NCBI GenBank assembly: GCA_035999905.1
Contig: DASYGK010000027.1
Span: 11,709-75,708, forward strand
Direction of reading: 5' to 3'
DNA: 64,000 nt
Source: Gaiellaceae bacterium
GTDB lineage: Bacteria > Actinomycetota > Thermoleophilia > Gaiellales > Gaiellaceae
Made by a program: the position numbers and the translations under genes. Numbering within the stretch: the first letter of the stretch is position 1; the number at the start of each line of letters is the position of its first letter. Of this stretch, positions 46,816 to 54,856 are shown piece by piece. The notes below the pieces were generated by a model. The model did no database searches. It worked only from the letters and a program-made list of their open reading frames with translations, and had not been told where the DNA came from.

Positions 46816-48419
46816 GCCCTGAACTCCGCGTCCTGCGCAACGGTGACCTCGAGCACGAGCGGCTCCTTTCGCGTAGGCAGGCTCGGGACGATCTCGTCGA
46901 GCGCCGCGTGCAGCTCGTCGAGCGTCTCGATCTCGCGCGCCGCGCAGCCGAAGCTGCGCGCGAGCCCGGAGATGTCGACGTTCACTGCGGGCCACGGCCC
47001 CGAGCCGCCGTGGATCTCGGCGAGGCGGTCCATGATCGCGTAGCCGCCGTTCGAGAGGACGACGAAGAGCGCGCCCGCGTCGTACTGGGCGGCGCTCCAG
47101 AGCGCTTGGATCGAGTAGAGCGACGATCCGTCGCCGACGATCGCGACGACCGGGCGCGCCGGGAGCGCCATCCGCAGGCCGGCGGCCGCGGGCATCGCGA
47201 AGCCGAGGCCGCCCATCGCGGGGCTGAGCGACGCGAGCGGGACGCGCGCGGGGATGCGCGCGAGCAGCTCGGCGCGGCTCGACGGCGACTCCTCGATCAC
47301 GATCGCGTCGCGCGGCAGCCGTTCCGCGAGCGCGTGCAGGACGTGTGCGACGCGCATGGGCTCTCCGGCGGCGGGCGGAGGCGGCGGCGCGGACGGCGCG
47401 AACGGCTCTCCGGGCGGTGCGGTGCGCGCCGGCACGAGCTTCGCGAGCTCGGCGCACACGGCGGCGGGGTGCGCGATCACCGCGAGATCGGCTGCGCTGC
47501 GGTGCACCTCCGCCGCGTCGCGGCTGACGACGGCGACGCGCGTGCCGGCCTCGACGAACGGCCCCGGCGCGAACGGGTACTGGCGAAAGGCGGGGCCGCC
47601 GACGACGAGCAGCACGTCGTATGGTGCGAGCACGTCGCGAAGGCGTCTGCGGTCGGCGGGGAGGTGGCCCGCGAAGAGGGGATGGTCCTGGGGGAAGCCG
47701 GCACTGCCGCCGAACGGCTCCTGCCAGACGGGGCACGCGAGCCGCTCGGCCAGTGCGAGCAGCGCGTCCCAGCTCTCCGGCTCGTCGGCGAACGAGCCTG
47801 CGACGAGCGCGGGGCGCTCCGAGCCGGCGAGGAATGCGGTGAGCGCGCCCATCGTCGCCGGGTCGACTCCGGCGGCGTGGAGCACGCGCCGCGGTGCGAG
47901 CCGCTCCGCGGGGTCACCGGCTTCGGCCATCCAATCGTCCATCGGCACGATCACGACCGCCGGGCCGCGGCCGGCGACGGACTCGTGGTACGCGCGTGCG
48001 ACAGCGGCAGGCACGTCCTGCGCGCGCACGGGCTCGTCGACCCACACGGGATACTCGCCCGCCAGGCCGCGCAGCTTGCCCGCGAGGAACGGCTGCGCCG
48101 CGAGGTGGCGGCGGTCCTGCTGGCCCACGATCACGACGAGCGGCGCGCGGTTCACGCGCGCGGTGGCGAGGGCCGAGATGCCGTTCGCGTAACCGGCCGT
48201 CGTGTGCAGGATCGCGAGCGCCGGCCGGCCGCGGCCGAGCGCATAGCCGATCGCCATTCCGACGACCGAGCTCTCGTGCAGGCCGAGCACGAAATGCAAA
48301 TCGTCCGGCAGGTCCGCGAGGAGCATGATCTCGGTCGAGCCCGGGTTCGCAAAGAGCGTCGTGAGCTCGTATTCGCGCAGGACGTCGAACGTCGCGTCGC
48401 GGACCGTCCTGACCGTCAT
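46812..48419 (-). CDS. Thiamine-diphosphate enzyme, benzoylformate decarboxylase-like
   Basis: 535 aa. The N-terminal block (LFANPGSTEI..L.......FVLGLHE..VVGMA.GYA) resembles benzoylformate decarboxylase (MdlC) as I remember it. TPP-binding motif IVGDGSSLYS...SNGGY. Confidence 0.8.
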   Translation of the reverse strand: MTVRTVRDATFDVLREYELTTLFANPGSTEIMLLADLPDDLHFVLGLHESSVVGMAIGYALGRGRPALAILHTTAGYANGISALATARVNRAPLVVIVGQQDRRHLAAQPFLAGKLRGLAGEYPVWVDEPVRAQDVPAAVARAYHESVAGRGPAVVIVPMDDWMAEAGDPAERLAPRRVLHAAGVDPATMGALTAFLAGSERPALVAGSFADEPESWDALLALAERLACPVWQEPFGGSAGFPQDHPLFAGHLPADRRRLRDVLAPYDVLLVVGGPAFRQYPFAPGPFVEAGTRVAVVSRDAAEVHRSAADLAVIAHPAAVCAELAKLVPARTAPPGEPFAPSAPPPPPAAGEPMRVAHVLHALAERLPRDAIVIEESPSSRAELLARIPARVPLASLSPAMGGLGFAMPAAAGLRMALPARPVVAIVGDGSSLYSIQALWSAAQYDAGALFVVLSNGGYAIMDRLAEIHGGSGPWPAVNVDISGLARSFGCAAREIETLDELHAALDEIVPSLPTRKEPLVLEVTVAQDAEFRA

Positions 48420-49406
48420 CTACCGGGCCTCCCTTCGTGTGAGCCTCCGTACTGCGGCGACGATGTCGTCTGCGCCTGGAACATACGCGTCCTCGAGGGG
48501 AGCGCTGAACGGAATGGGGGCGAAGGGAGCACCCACGCGCACGACGGGGGCGTCGAGGTAGTCGAATGCCGCGGCCTGCACCTGCGCTGCGATCTCGGCG
48601 CCGAAGCCGCCGTGCGTGACGGCTTCGTGCGCGACGACGATCCGCCCCGTGCGCTCGACGGACTCGACGATCGCCGCGAGGTCGAGCGGTACGAGCGTGC
48701 GCAGGTCGATCACTTCGGCCCCGACCCCGTCCTCGGCGGCGAGCCGCTCGGCCGCCGCGAGAGCCGCGTCGACGAGGGCGGAGAATGCGACGATCGTGAC
48801 GTCGCCGCCGCTCCGGAGCGTCGCGGCCTTGCCGATCGGCACCGCGGGCACGGGATCGGGAACCTCGCCCTTGCGGAAGTAGAGCGTCTTGTTCTCGATG
48901 AAGACGACGGGATTCGGATCGGCGATCGCGCTCGCGAGCAGCCCGGCGGCGTCGGCCGGCCCGCTCGGCATCACCACCTTGAGCCCCGGAACGTGCGTGA
49001 GCCAGCTTTCGAGGCTCTGCGAGTGCTGCGCGGCGCCGCGGTGGCCGGCTCCGCCCTGCGTGCGCAGCACCATCGGCACGGTGAGCTGGCCGCCGGACAT
49101 GAAGTGCGCCTTTGCCGCGGCGTTCACGAGCTGGTCGAGCGCGAGCGTGATGAAGTCGATGAACATGATCTCGAGCACCGGGCGCATGCCGGACTGCGCC
49201 GCGCCGATCGCGACGCCGGTGATCGCCGCTTCGGAGATCGGCGTGTTGATCACGCGCGCGGTGCCGAACTCCTCGGCGAGGCCCGCGGTCGCGGTGTAGG
49301 GGCCGCCTTCGGCGACGTCCTCGCCGAGCACGAACACGCGCGGGTCTGCGCGCATCGCGGCGGCGAGCGCGCCGGTGATCGCCTTGATCGTCGTCGTCTC
49401 AGGCAT
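48420..49406 (-). CDS. 2-oxoacid/acetoin dehydrogenase E1 component beta subunit (pair 1)
   Basis: 328 aa. Transketolase-like pyrimidine-binding and C-terminal domains (VINTPISEAAITGVAIGAA, VPGLKVVMPS). Its stop abuts the downstream start with no gap. Confidence 0.88.
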   Translation of the reverse strand: MPETTTIKAITGALAAAMRADPRVFVLGEDVAEGGPYTATAGLAEEFGTARVINTPISEAAITGVAIGAAQSGMRPVLEIMFIDFITLALDQLVNAAAKAHFMSGGQLTVPMVLRTQGGAGHRGAAQHSQSLESWLTHVPGLKVVMPSGPADAAGLLASAIADPNPVVFIENKTLYFRKGEVPDPVPAVPIGKAATLRSGGDVTIVAFSALVDAALAAAERLAAEDGVGAEVIDLRTLVPLDLAAIVESVERTGRIVVAHEAVTHGGFGAEIAAQVQAAAFDYLDAPVVRVGAPFAPIPFSAPLEDAYVPGADDIVAAVRRLTRREAR

Positions 49407-50373
49407 GCGCGTAGACCATCTCGCCGGTCAGGCCGTCGGGCGGGAACGGGCTCGCGCGCGCGTATGCGGTCGCCTGCTCGACCGCGGCGGCGGCTTCGGC
49501 TTCGAGCTTCGCGGGCACGTCGTCGCCGAACCAGCCCGCCGCGATCCCGTGGCGCTGCAGCCGGAGGATCGGATCCTTCTGCTGCCAGTCGTCGGCGGCG
49601 AGCGCCTCGCGATACCTGCCGGGGTCACCCTCGTAGTGGCCGCGCAGCCGGTGCGTGAGGCACTCGAGCAGGAACGGGCCCTCGCCCGTGCGCGCTGCGG
49701 CGAGGAAGCGGCCGAACGCGTCCCACACTGCGAGCACGTCGTTGCCGTCGACGGTCTCGCGCTCGACGTCGTACGGCGCGACGACGTCGCTGACGCGCTC
49801 GACGTTCGTGTGCGCGGAGCGCGGCGTGAACTCCGCGAAGCCGTTGTTCTCGCAGACGAGGATGAGCGGCAGGCCCCACAGCGTGGCGAGGTTCACCGTC
49901 TCGTTGAAGTGGCCGGCCTGTACCGCGCCGTCGCCGAAGAACACGACGGCGACCGCGTCGTCGCCGCGCAGCCGGGCAGCGAGTGCGCTGCCGAGCGCGA
50001 TCGGGATCGTGCCGCCGACAACGCCCGTCGCGCCCATGAACCCGTGCGCGGCGTCGACGACGTGCATCGAGCCTCCGAGCCCGCGGCACAGGCCGCCGTC
50101 GCGCCCCATCAGCTCCGCGAGCAGGCGGTCGAGCGGCGCCCCCTTGGCGATCGCGTGGCCGTGCGCACGGTGGCCGGAGTACACCGCGTCGTCGTCGCGG
50201 AGCTGCGTGCACACCGCGGCGGCGACGCCTTCCTGGCCGGTGCTGAGATGCACGAGCCCGTGCAGCTCGTTCGCGCGCGCGAGCGCGCCGACCTGCTCCT
50301 CGAAGAGGCGGATGCGCCACATCGTCGCGAGCAGGCGCTGGGCCTGCTCGCGATCGAGTGACGATGCTGCCAC
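49399..50373 (-). CDS. 2-oxoacid/acetoin dehydrogenase E1 component alpha subunit (pair 1)
   Basis: 324-aa tail of track ORF 49399..50781, from GTG 50373. TPP motif FFGDGAVQAGHFNETVNLATLWGLPLILVCENNGFA. Confidence 0.88.
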   Translation of the reverse strand: MAASSLDREQAQRLLATMWRIRLFEEQVGALARANELHGLVHLSTGQEGVAAAVCTQLRDDDAVYSGHRAHGHAIAKGAPLDRLLAELMGRDGGLCRGLGGSMHVVDAAHGFMGATGVVGGTIPIALGSALAARLRGDDAVAVVFFGDGAVQAGHFNETVNLATLWGLPLILVCENNGFAEFTPRSAHTNVERVSDVVAPYDVERETVDGNDVLAVWDAFGRFLAAARTGEGPFLLECLTHRLRGHYEGDPGRYREALAADDWQQKDPILRLQRHGIAAGWFGDDVPAKLEAEAAAAVEQATAYARASPFPPDGLTGEMVYAHA

Positions 50374-51353
50374 TACGCCGTGACGGGTGCCGACCCGACG
50401 ACCTGCTGCACGGCGGAGACGATCTTGTCCTCGTTCGGCATGATCCACGCCTCGAGCGGCTCGCTGTACGGGACGGTCGCGTCGAGCGCCGTGACCTGCA
50501 CGATCGGCGCCTTCAACGACGAGAACCCGTGCTCGGCGACCTCGCCGGCGATCACCGTCGAGGCCGACGCGTGCCGCGTCGCCTGGTCGACGAGGACGAG
50601 CCGCCCGGTCTTGTCGACCGATTCGAGGATGGTCTGCGTGTCGAGCGGCGCGAGCGTACGCGGGTCGATCACCTCGGCCTGGATGCCCTGCGCAGCGAGC
50701 TGCTCCGCGGCGCCGAGCGCACGGTCGACCGTCCAGCCGGTGGCGACGATCGTCACGTCGCTGCCCTCGCGCCGGATGCACGCCTCGCCGAACGGCACGA
50801 GATACTCGCCGTCGGGCACTTCGCCGTGCTCGAGCGTGAGGAGGTAGTGGTGGAGGTAGACGACCGGGTTGTCGTCGCGGATCGCCGTCGCCATCAATCC
50901 CTTCGCGTCGGCCGCCGTCGACGGCATCACGACCTTCAGGCCGGGCACGCCCATGAAGAGCGCGCCGATCGTGCCCGTGTGCTGGCCGGCCCAGCCCGCG
51001 GTGAAGCCGAACCCGGCCTTCAGCACGAGCGGCACCTTGACCTGGCCGCCGCTCATCGCGCGGAAGCGCGGCGCCTCGTTGATCACCTGGTCCATGGCGA
51101 CGAGCATGAACTCGGCCATGTAGAGCTCGACCACCGGCCGGTAGCCGGCGACCGCAGCGCCGATCGCCATGCCGATCTCGGCCGTCTCGGAGATCGGCGT
51201 GACGCGCACGCGGTCGGAGCCGAACGCGTCGACGTACGGCTCGTTCTCCGTCGTCGCCATGTTCTGCCCGAAGTAGAGAACGGTGTCGTCGCGCTCCATC
51301 TCGAGCCGGATCGCCTCGTCGATGGCGGCGATGAAAGGCAGTTCGTGTGCCAT
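50373..51353 (-). CDS. 2-oxoacid/acetoin dehydrogenase E1 component beta subunit (pair 2)
   Basis: 326-aa tail of track ORF 50373..52004, from ATG 51353. It shares the fold blocks of pair 1 (TPISETAEIGMAIGAA, VPGLKVVMPS) but is clearly divergent in sequence. Confidence 0.88.
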   Translation of the reverse strand: MAHELPFIAAIDEAIRLEMERDDTVLYFGQNMATTENEPYVDAFGSDRVRVTPISETAEIGMAIGAAVAGYRPVVELYMAEFMLVAMDQVINEAPRFRAMSGGQVKVPLVLKAGFGFTAGWAGQHTGTIGALFMGVPGLKVVMPSTAADAKGLMATAIRDDNPVVYLHHYLLTLEHGEVPDGEYLVPFGEACIRREGSDVTIVATGWTVDRALGAAEQLAAQGIQAEVIDPRTLAPLDTQTILESVDKTGRLVLVDQATRHASASTVIAGEVAEHGFSSLKAPIVQVTALDATVPYSEPLEAWIMPNEDKIVSAVQQVVGSAPVTA

Positions 51354-51370
51354 GGTCTCGATCGCCTCCT

Positions 51371-52411
51371 TTAGGCGTAGACGTACTCGAGGGACGACTC
51401 GACGTCGGGGAACGGGCTGTCGAGCCCGAAGCTCACCGCGCCCTGCATCTCGTCGCGCACGCGCGCGGCGATCGCTTCCGCCTCGTCGGCGGTGAGCGTG
51501 CCGTCGCCGACGAGCCGGCCGCGGAACGCCGGCACCGGGTCGCCGGCGAGTGCGGCTTCGTACTCCTCCGGTGCGCCGAACTTCTCGATCGCCTCGTGCT
51601 CGGGGAAGTGGAGCGGCACGCCGGGCGGCGCGATGATGTTGCCGTGCGCCGAGAGGCGGTACATCTGCGACTCGACGAGCGTCGGGCCGTCTCCGGCACG
51701 CGCACGTGTCACCGCAGCGCCGACCGTCTCGTACACCTCGACCGGGTCGCGCCCGTCGATCGTCACGCCGGGCATGCTGAATGCCTTCGCCTTGACGGAG
51801 AGGTCTTCGCCGTTGGCGCGGTTCGCGTCCTCCTGCTCGGTGCGCGTGTGGACGTTGTAGCCGTTGTTCTCCATCACGAACACGATGGGGAGCTTCCAGA
51901 GCGACGCGATGTTGAGTGATTCGGAGAACGCGCCCTGCTTCGATGCGCCGTCGCCGAAGAAGCAGAGGACGACCTGCCTCTGCTTGCGGATCTGCGCGGC
52001 CCATGCGGCGCCGGTCGCGTGGGGGATGCCCGCCGCGACGATGCCCGACGTGCCCATGAAGCCGTTCGAGACGTCGGTGAGGTGCATCGAGCCGCCGATG
52101 CCCTTGCAGAGCCCGTCCTTGCGCCCGTAGATCTCCGCCATCATCTTCTTCGGGTCGGTGCCGCGCGCGAGCGGGTAGCCGTGGCAGCGGTACGTCGCGA
52201 AGAACTGGTCGTCGGGCTCGAGCGTCGCGATCGAGCCGACGATCGACGCCTCGGCGCCGTCGGCGAGATGCGTGTGGCCGCGGATGACGCCGGGATGCTC
52301 GACGAACGTCCGCTTGACGCGCTCCTCGAACTCGCGGATCCGCAGCATCTGCTCGTACATCCAGACGAGGCGGTCGCGGTCGAGCTCCTTCACTCCCTTC
52401 GGTGCGCTCAC
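51371..52411 (-). CDS. 2-oxoacid/acetoin dehydrogenase E1 component alpha subunit (pair 2)
   Basis: 346-aa tail of the 1543-aa track ORF 51371..56002, from GTG 52411 (4-nt overlap with the upstream gene). TPP motif FFGDGASKQGAFSESLNIASLWKLPIVFVMENNGYN. Confidence 0.88.
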   Translation of the reverse strand: MSAPKGVKELDRDRLVWMYEQMLRIREFEERVKRTFVEHPGVIRGHTHLADGAEASIVGSIATLEPDDQFFATYRCHGYPLARGTDPKKMMAEIYGRKDGLCKGIGGSMHLTDVSNGFMGTSGIVAAGIPHATGAAWAAQIRKQRQVVLCFFGDGASKQGAFSESLNIASLWKLPIVFVMENNGYNVHTRTEQEDANRANGEDLSVKAKAFSMPGVTIDGRDPVEVYETVGAAVTRARAGDGPTLVESQMYRLSAHGNIIAPPGVPLHFPEHEAIEKFGAPEEYEAALAGDPVPAFRGRLVGDGTLTADEAEAIAARVRDEMQGAVSFGLDSPFPDVESSLEYVYA

Positions 52412-53286
52412 GTGGAGCTCCTCTCGTGTCCGAATTGGGCGGCGGTCGTCTCGTATGCCCGCCGGAAGATGACGTCGATCGGATTGTTGCGCAAGTCGTC
52501 CGAGAGCACCTCGACGCCCCACGGCCCGCTGTAGCCGTGGTCGACGCACGTGTCGACGTAGCCGCCGAGGTCGAACTCGCCCTCGCCGGGCAGCGCGCGG
52601 TGGTTGACGGTCTCGTCGACGAGGTCGTCCATGCTCTCGAGCCGTCCGTCGCTCAGCTCGATCCAGGAGAGATACTCGAGCGGGACGCGGCGGAGGTCCT
52701 CCGGCGGGATGCCGAGCTTCGTCATGTGCCACGTGTCGATCGCGAGGCCGCCGTTCGGCGCGGCTGCGCCCTCGACGATCGTGAGTGCGGCGTCGAGCGT
52801 CTTGACGTTCTCGTCGAACGGCATGAACTCGTACACGACCTTCGCATCGGTGTGCTGCGCGGCGTCCTCGCAGAGCTCGCCGAAGCGCTCGGTGAGCTGC
52901 GCGAGCCCGCACGGCGCGCCCGGGATGTTCCCGACCTTGATGTGATGCGCTCCGAGCACGGCGGACGCGTCGAAGAGCAGCCGCCGGATCGTGTCGGACG
53001 CGCGGCGGCGGTCGTCGTCCTCGTCGAGGAACCAGTCCATCAGGAACTCGAGCTCGAGGTGCCGGAGCCCGTTGTCGTCGAACGTGGACTTCAGGTCCTG
53101 CAGGCTCTGCGTCTCGAGCGAGTGCTGCAGGTCTGCGTGCCAGATGCCGAGCCCCGCGAAGCCGACCTTGCGAGCCTCGGTGCAGCGGTCGGCCCAGCTG
53201 AAGAGGCTCCACTCCCGCCCGACGTGCACCTCGACCGGCCCGGAGACCGTCCAGTAGAGGCCGAGCAGCTCGACGTCGTCGCTCAC
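52408..53286 (-). CDS. Xylose-isomerase-like TIM-barrel protein (sugar-phosphate isomerase/epimerase family; dehydratase-type function possible)
   Basis: 292 aa. The pattern of acidic/His metal-ligand blocks (HIKVGN, YEFMPF, IDTWH, WIELSD) is typical of the AP-endonuclease-2/xylose-isomerase TIM fold. The specific activity is not deducible. Confidence 0.7.
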   Translation of the reverse strand: MSDDVELLGLYWTVSGPVEVHVGREWSLFSWADRCTEARKVGFAGLGIWHADLQHSLETQSLQDLKSTFDDNGLRHLELEFLMDWFLDEDDDRRRASDTIRRLLFDASAVLGAHHIKVGNIPGAPCGLAQLTERFGELCEDAAQHTDAKVVYEFMPFDENVKTLDAALTIVEGAAAPNGGLAIDTWHMTKLGIPPEDLRRVPLEYLSWIELSDGRLESMDDLVDETVNHRALPGEGEFDLGGYVDTCVDHGYSGPWGVEVLSDDLRNNPIDVIFRRAYETTAAQFGHERSST

Positions 53287-53295
53287 TCCGCCCGC

Positions 53296-54663
53296 CTAGT
53301 GCGGCCGGTACGAGGCGCGGACGACCTCGGCGTAGGGGACCGGCGACACGATCGCGCGGATCTCGGTCTGCACGTGACGCTCGACGACCGGCTTGTCGGA
53401 GCCGCCGTTCTCCTCGCCCCAGATGAGCGTGACCTCGGTGCCCGGCTCTGCCTGCTCGACGTTCACGATCGCGAGCGACAGCATCGAGCTCTCGTTCGAG
53501 CTGTAGCCGGAGAACGTCGACACGCCGACCATCTTCCCGTCCTTGAGGATCTTGTCGTTCGGCCAGGTCGAGTAGTTCGAGAGCGGCAGGTCGATGTACT
53601 TCGCGCGGTTCTCCTTCTGGAACATCGTCCCCATCGCGCGGGCGACGTCCTCGCCGTTCCAGGCGAGCGTGACCTTCTTCCGCTTCGGCTCGCCCATCTT
53701 CTCGAGCGCCTCGCGCCCGGTGAAGTCGTGGTCGTAGCGCACGAACGACCCGTAGCCGAGGTCCCACGGCGTGAGGTAGTAGTCGCGGATGTCGTTCGAG
53801 TAGAAGCTGCCGCCGAGCGAGCCCGTGCCCTCGTAGCCCTGCGCGGGCAGCCATTCGCGGTACGACTTCAGGTCGTCGCCCGTGAACACCGCCGGCAGCG
53901 GGCATGGGATCCAGCCGGACTCGAGCGTGTTCGTCGCGTAGACGCGCGAGCCGACCTGCGCGAGCCCGAACTCCTTGCCCGCCTCGACGATCGCAGCGCG
54001 AACGTCGTCGCCCTCCGCCCACGGCCCGAAGAGCTCGAGGCCGGGAACGCCCGACATGCCGTGATGCAGCGCGCGCACCTTGTGGCCGCCGATCGTGAGC
54101 TCGCCCATGTTGAAGAACTTGATCTCGGGGAGCGCGCCGCCGTTGACCTTCTTCAGGACCTCGTTCGCGGTCGGGCCCTGCACCTGGAAGCGGTAGAGCC
54201 GGCGGCCGGTCGGGTTGACGGCGGAGCGCTCGTCGCGCTCGAACGTCACGTCGTAGTCGCCCGTCTCGCCGTGGAACTGCACCCAGTTGTGCGCCGACGG
54301 CCGGCCGACGAGGCTGAGCGTGTTCTCGTCGAGGAAGAAGAGGATGGCGTCGCCGATCACGTAGCCGTCGTAGTTGACGGCGACGAACTGCTTCGCCTTG
54401 TCGACGGCGAACGTCGCGAAGCTGTTGACGCCGGTGGCCTCGAGCAGCTTCAGCGCGTCGGGGCCCTTGATCGTGAGGTCGGTCATGTGGTGCGACTGGT
54501 CGAAGAGACAGCAGGTCTCCCGCCAGGCGTGCTGCTCGTCGCGCCAGTTCGTGAACTCGCCCGGGACCTTGGGGTAGACGTACGGGCCGATCTGCGAGTT
54601 CCGGACGAGCTCGACCGGATTCCCTACGGCGTCCAGCAGGTCTTGCAGGCTCTGAGAACTCAT
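53296..54663 (-). CDS. GcvT/aminomethyltransferase-family, tetrahydrofolate-dependent aryl O-demethylase (LigM/DesA-like)
   Basis: 455 aa. Blocks match my recollection of Sphingobium LigM/DesA: LVRNSQIGPYVYP, NWRDEQHAWRE, LFDQSHHM, KFFNM, LHHGMSGVPGLELFGP, EAGKEFGL.QVGSR.Y..NTLESGWIP.PLPA, YREWLPA, KKVTLAWNGEDV, LIWGEENGG and VSPVPY. Confidence 0.82.
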   Translation of the reverse strand: MSSQSLQDLLDAVGNPVELVRNSQIGPYVYPKVPGEFTNWRDEQHAWRETCCLFDQSHHMTDLTIKGPDALKLLEATGVNSFATFAVDKAKQFVAVNYDGYVIGDAILFFLDENTLSLVGRPSAHNWVQFHGETGDYDVTFERDERSAVNPTGRRLYRFQVQGPTANEVLKKVNGGALPEIKFFNMGELTIGGHKVRALHHGMSGVPGLELFGPWAEGDDVRAAIVEAGKEFGLAQVGSRVYATNTLESGWIPCPLPAVFTGDDLKSYREWLPAQGYEGTGSLGGSFYSNDIRDYYLTPWDLGYGSFVRYDHDFTGREALEKMGEPKRKKVTLAWNGEDVARAMGTMFQKENRAKYIDLPLSNYSTWPNDKILKDGKMVGVSTFSGYSSNESSMLSLAIVNVEQAEPGTEVTLIWGEENGGSDKPVVERHVQTEIRAIVSPVPYAEVVRASYRPH

Positions 54664-54798
54664 GGCTGCGAACGACTCCTTGTCTCGGCCGATTCCTCGG
54701 GTTGGTGGAGCTCCCGGACGTCCCAGCTGTCAGGATTCCGGTCGTGCAGGTGTCGGCCCGCCGTCCGGGCACACCGAGCCGGACACTCTCAAGGCACC

Positions 54799-54814
54799 TC
54801 CCGTTTGTCAAGAC
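54799..54814. promoter_or_regulatory. Box C: TCCCGTTTGTCAAGAC (third copy of the shared 16-nt box)
   Basis: It lies in the divergent region between the demethylase operon and iclR, 5 nt upstream of the iclR -35 candidate. The minus strand reads GTCTTGACAAACGGGA, with a perfect TTGACA facing the demethylase gene. The octamer TCAAGGCA (54789-54796) also recurs at 40557-40564. Confidence 0.5.
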
Positions 54815-54818
54815 GGTG

Positions 54819-54856
54819 TTCCAATTGATGGAACGCTGCGCTAGGATGCGCGCGTG
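54819..54856 (+). promoter_or_regulatory. Candidate leaderless promoter of the iclR gene, with a GTTCCA/TGGAAC palindrome
   Basis: TTCCAA (54819-54824), 17-nt spacer, TAGGAT (54842-54847), 6 nt, then GTG 54854. The inverted repeat GTTCCAattgaTGGAAC (54818-54834) overlaps the -35 and the spacer. Confidence 0.4.
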
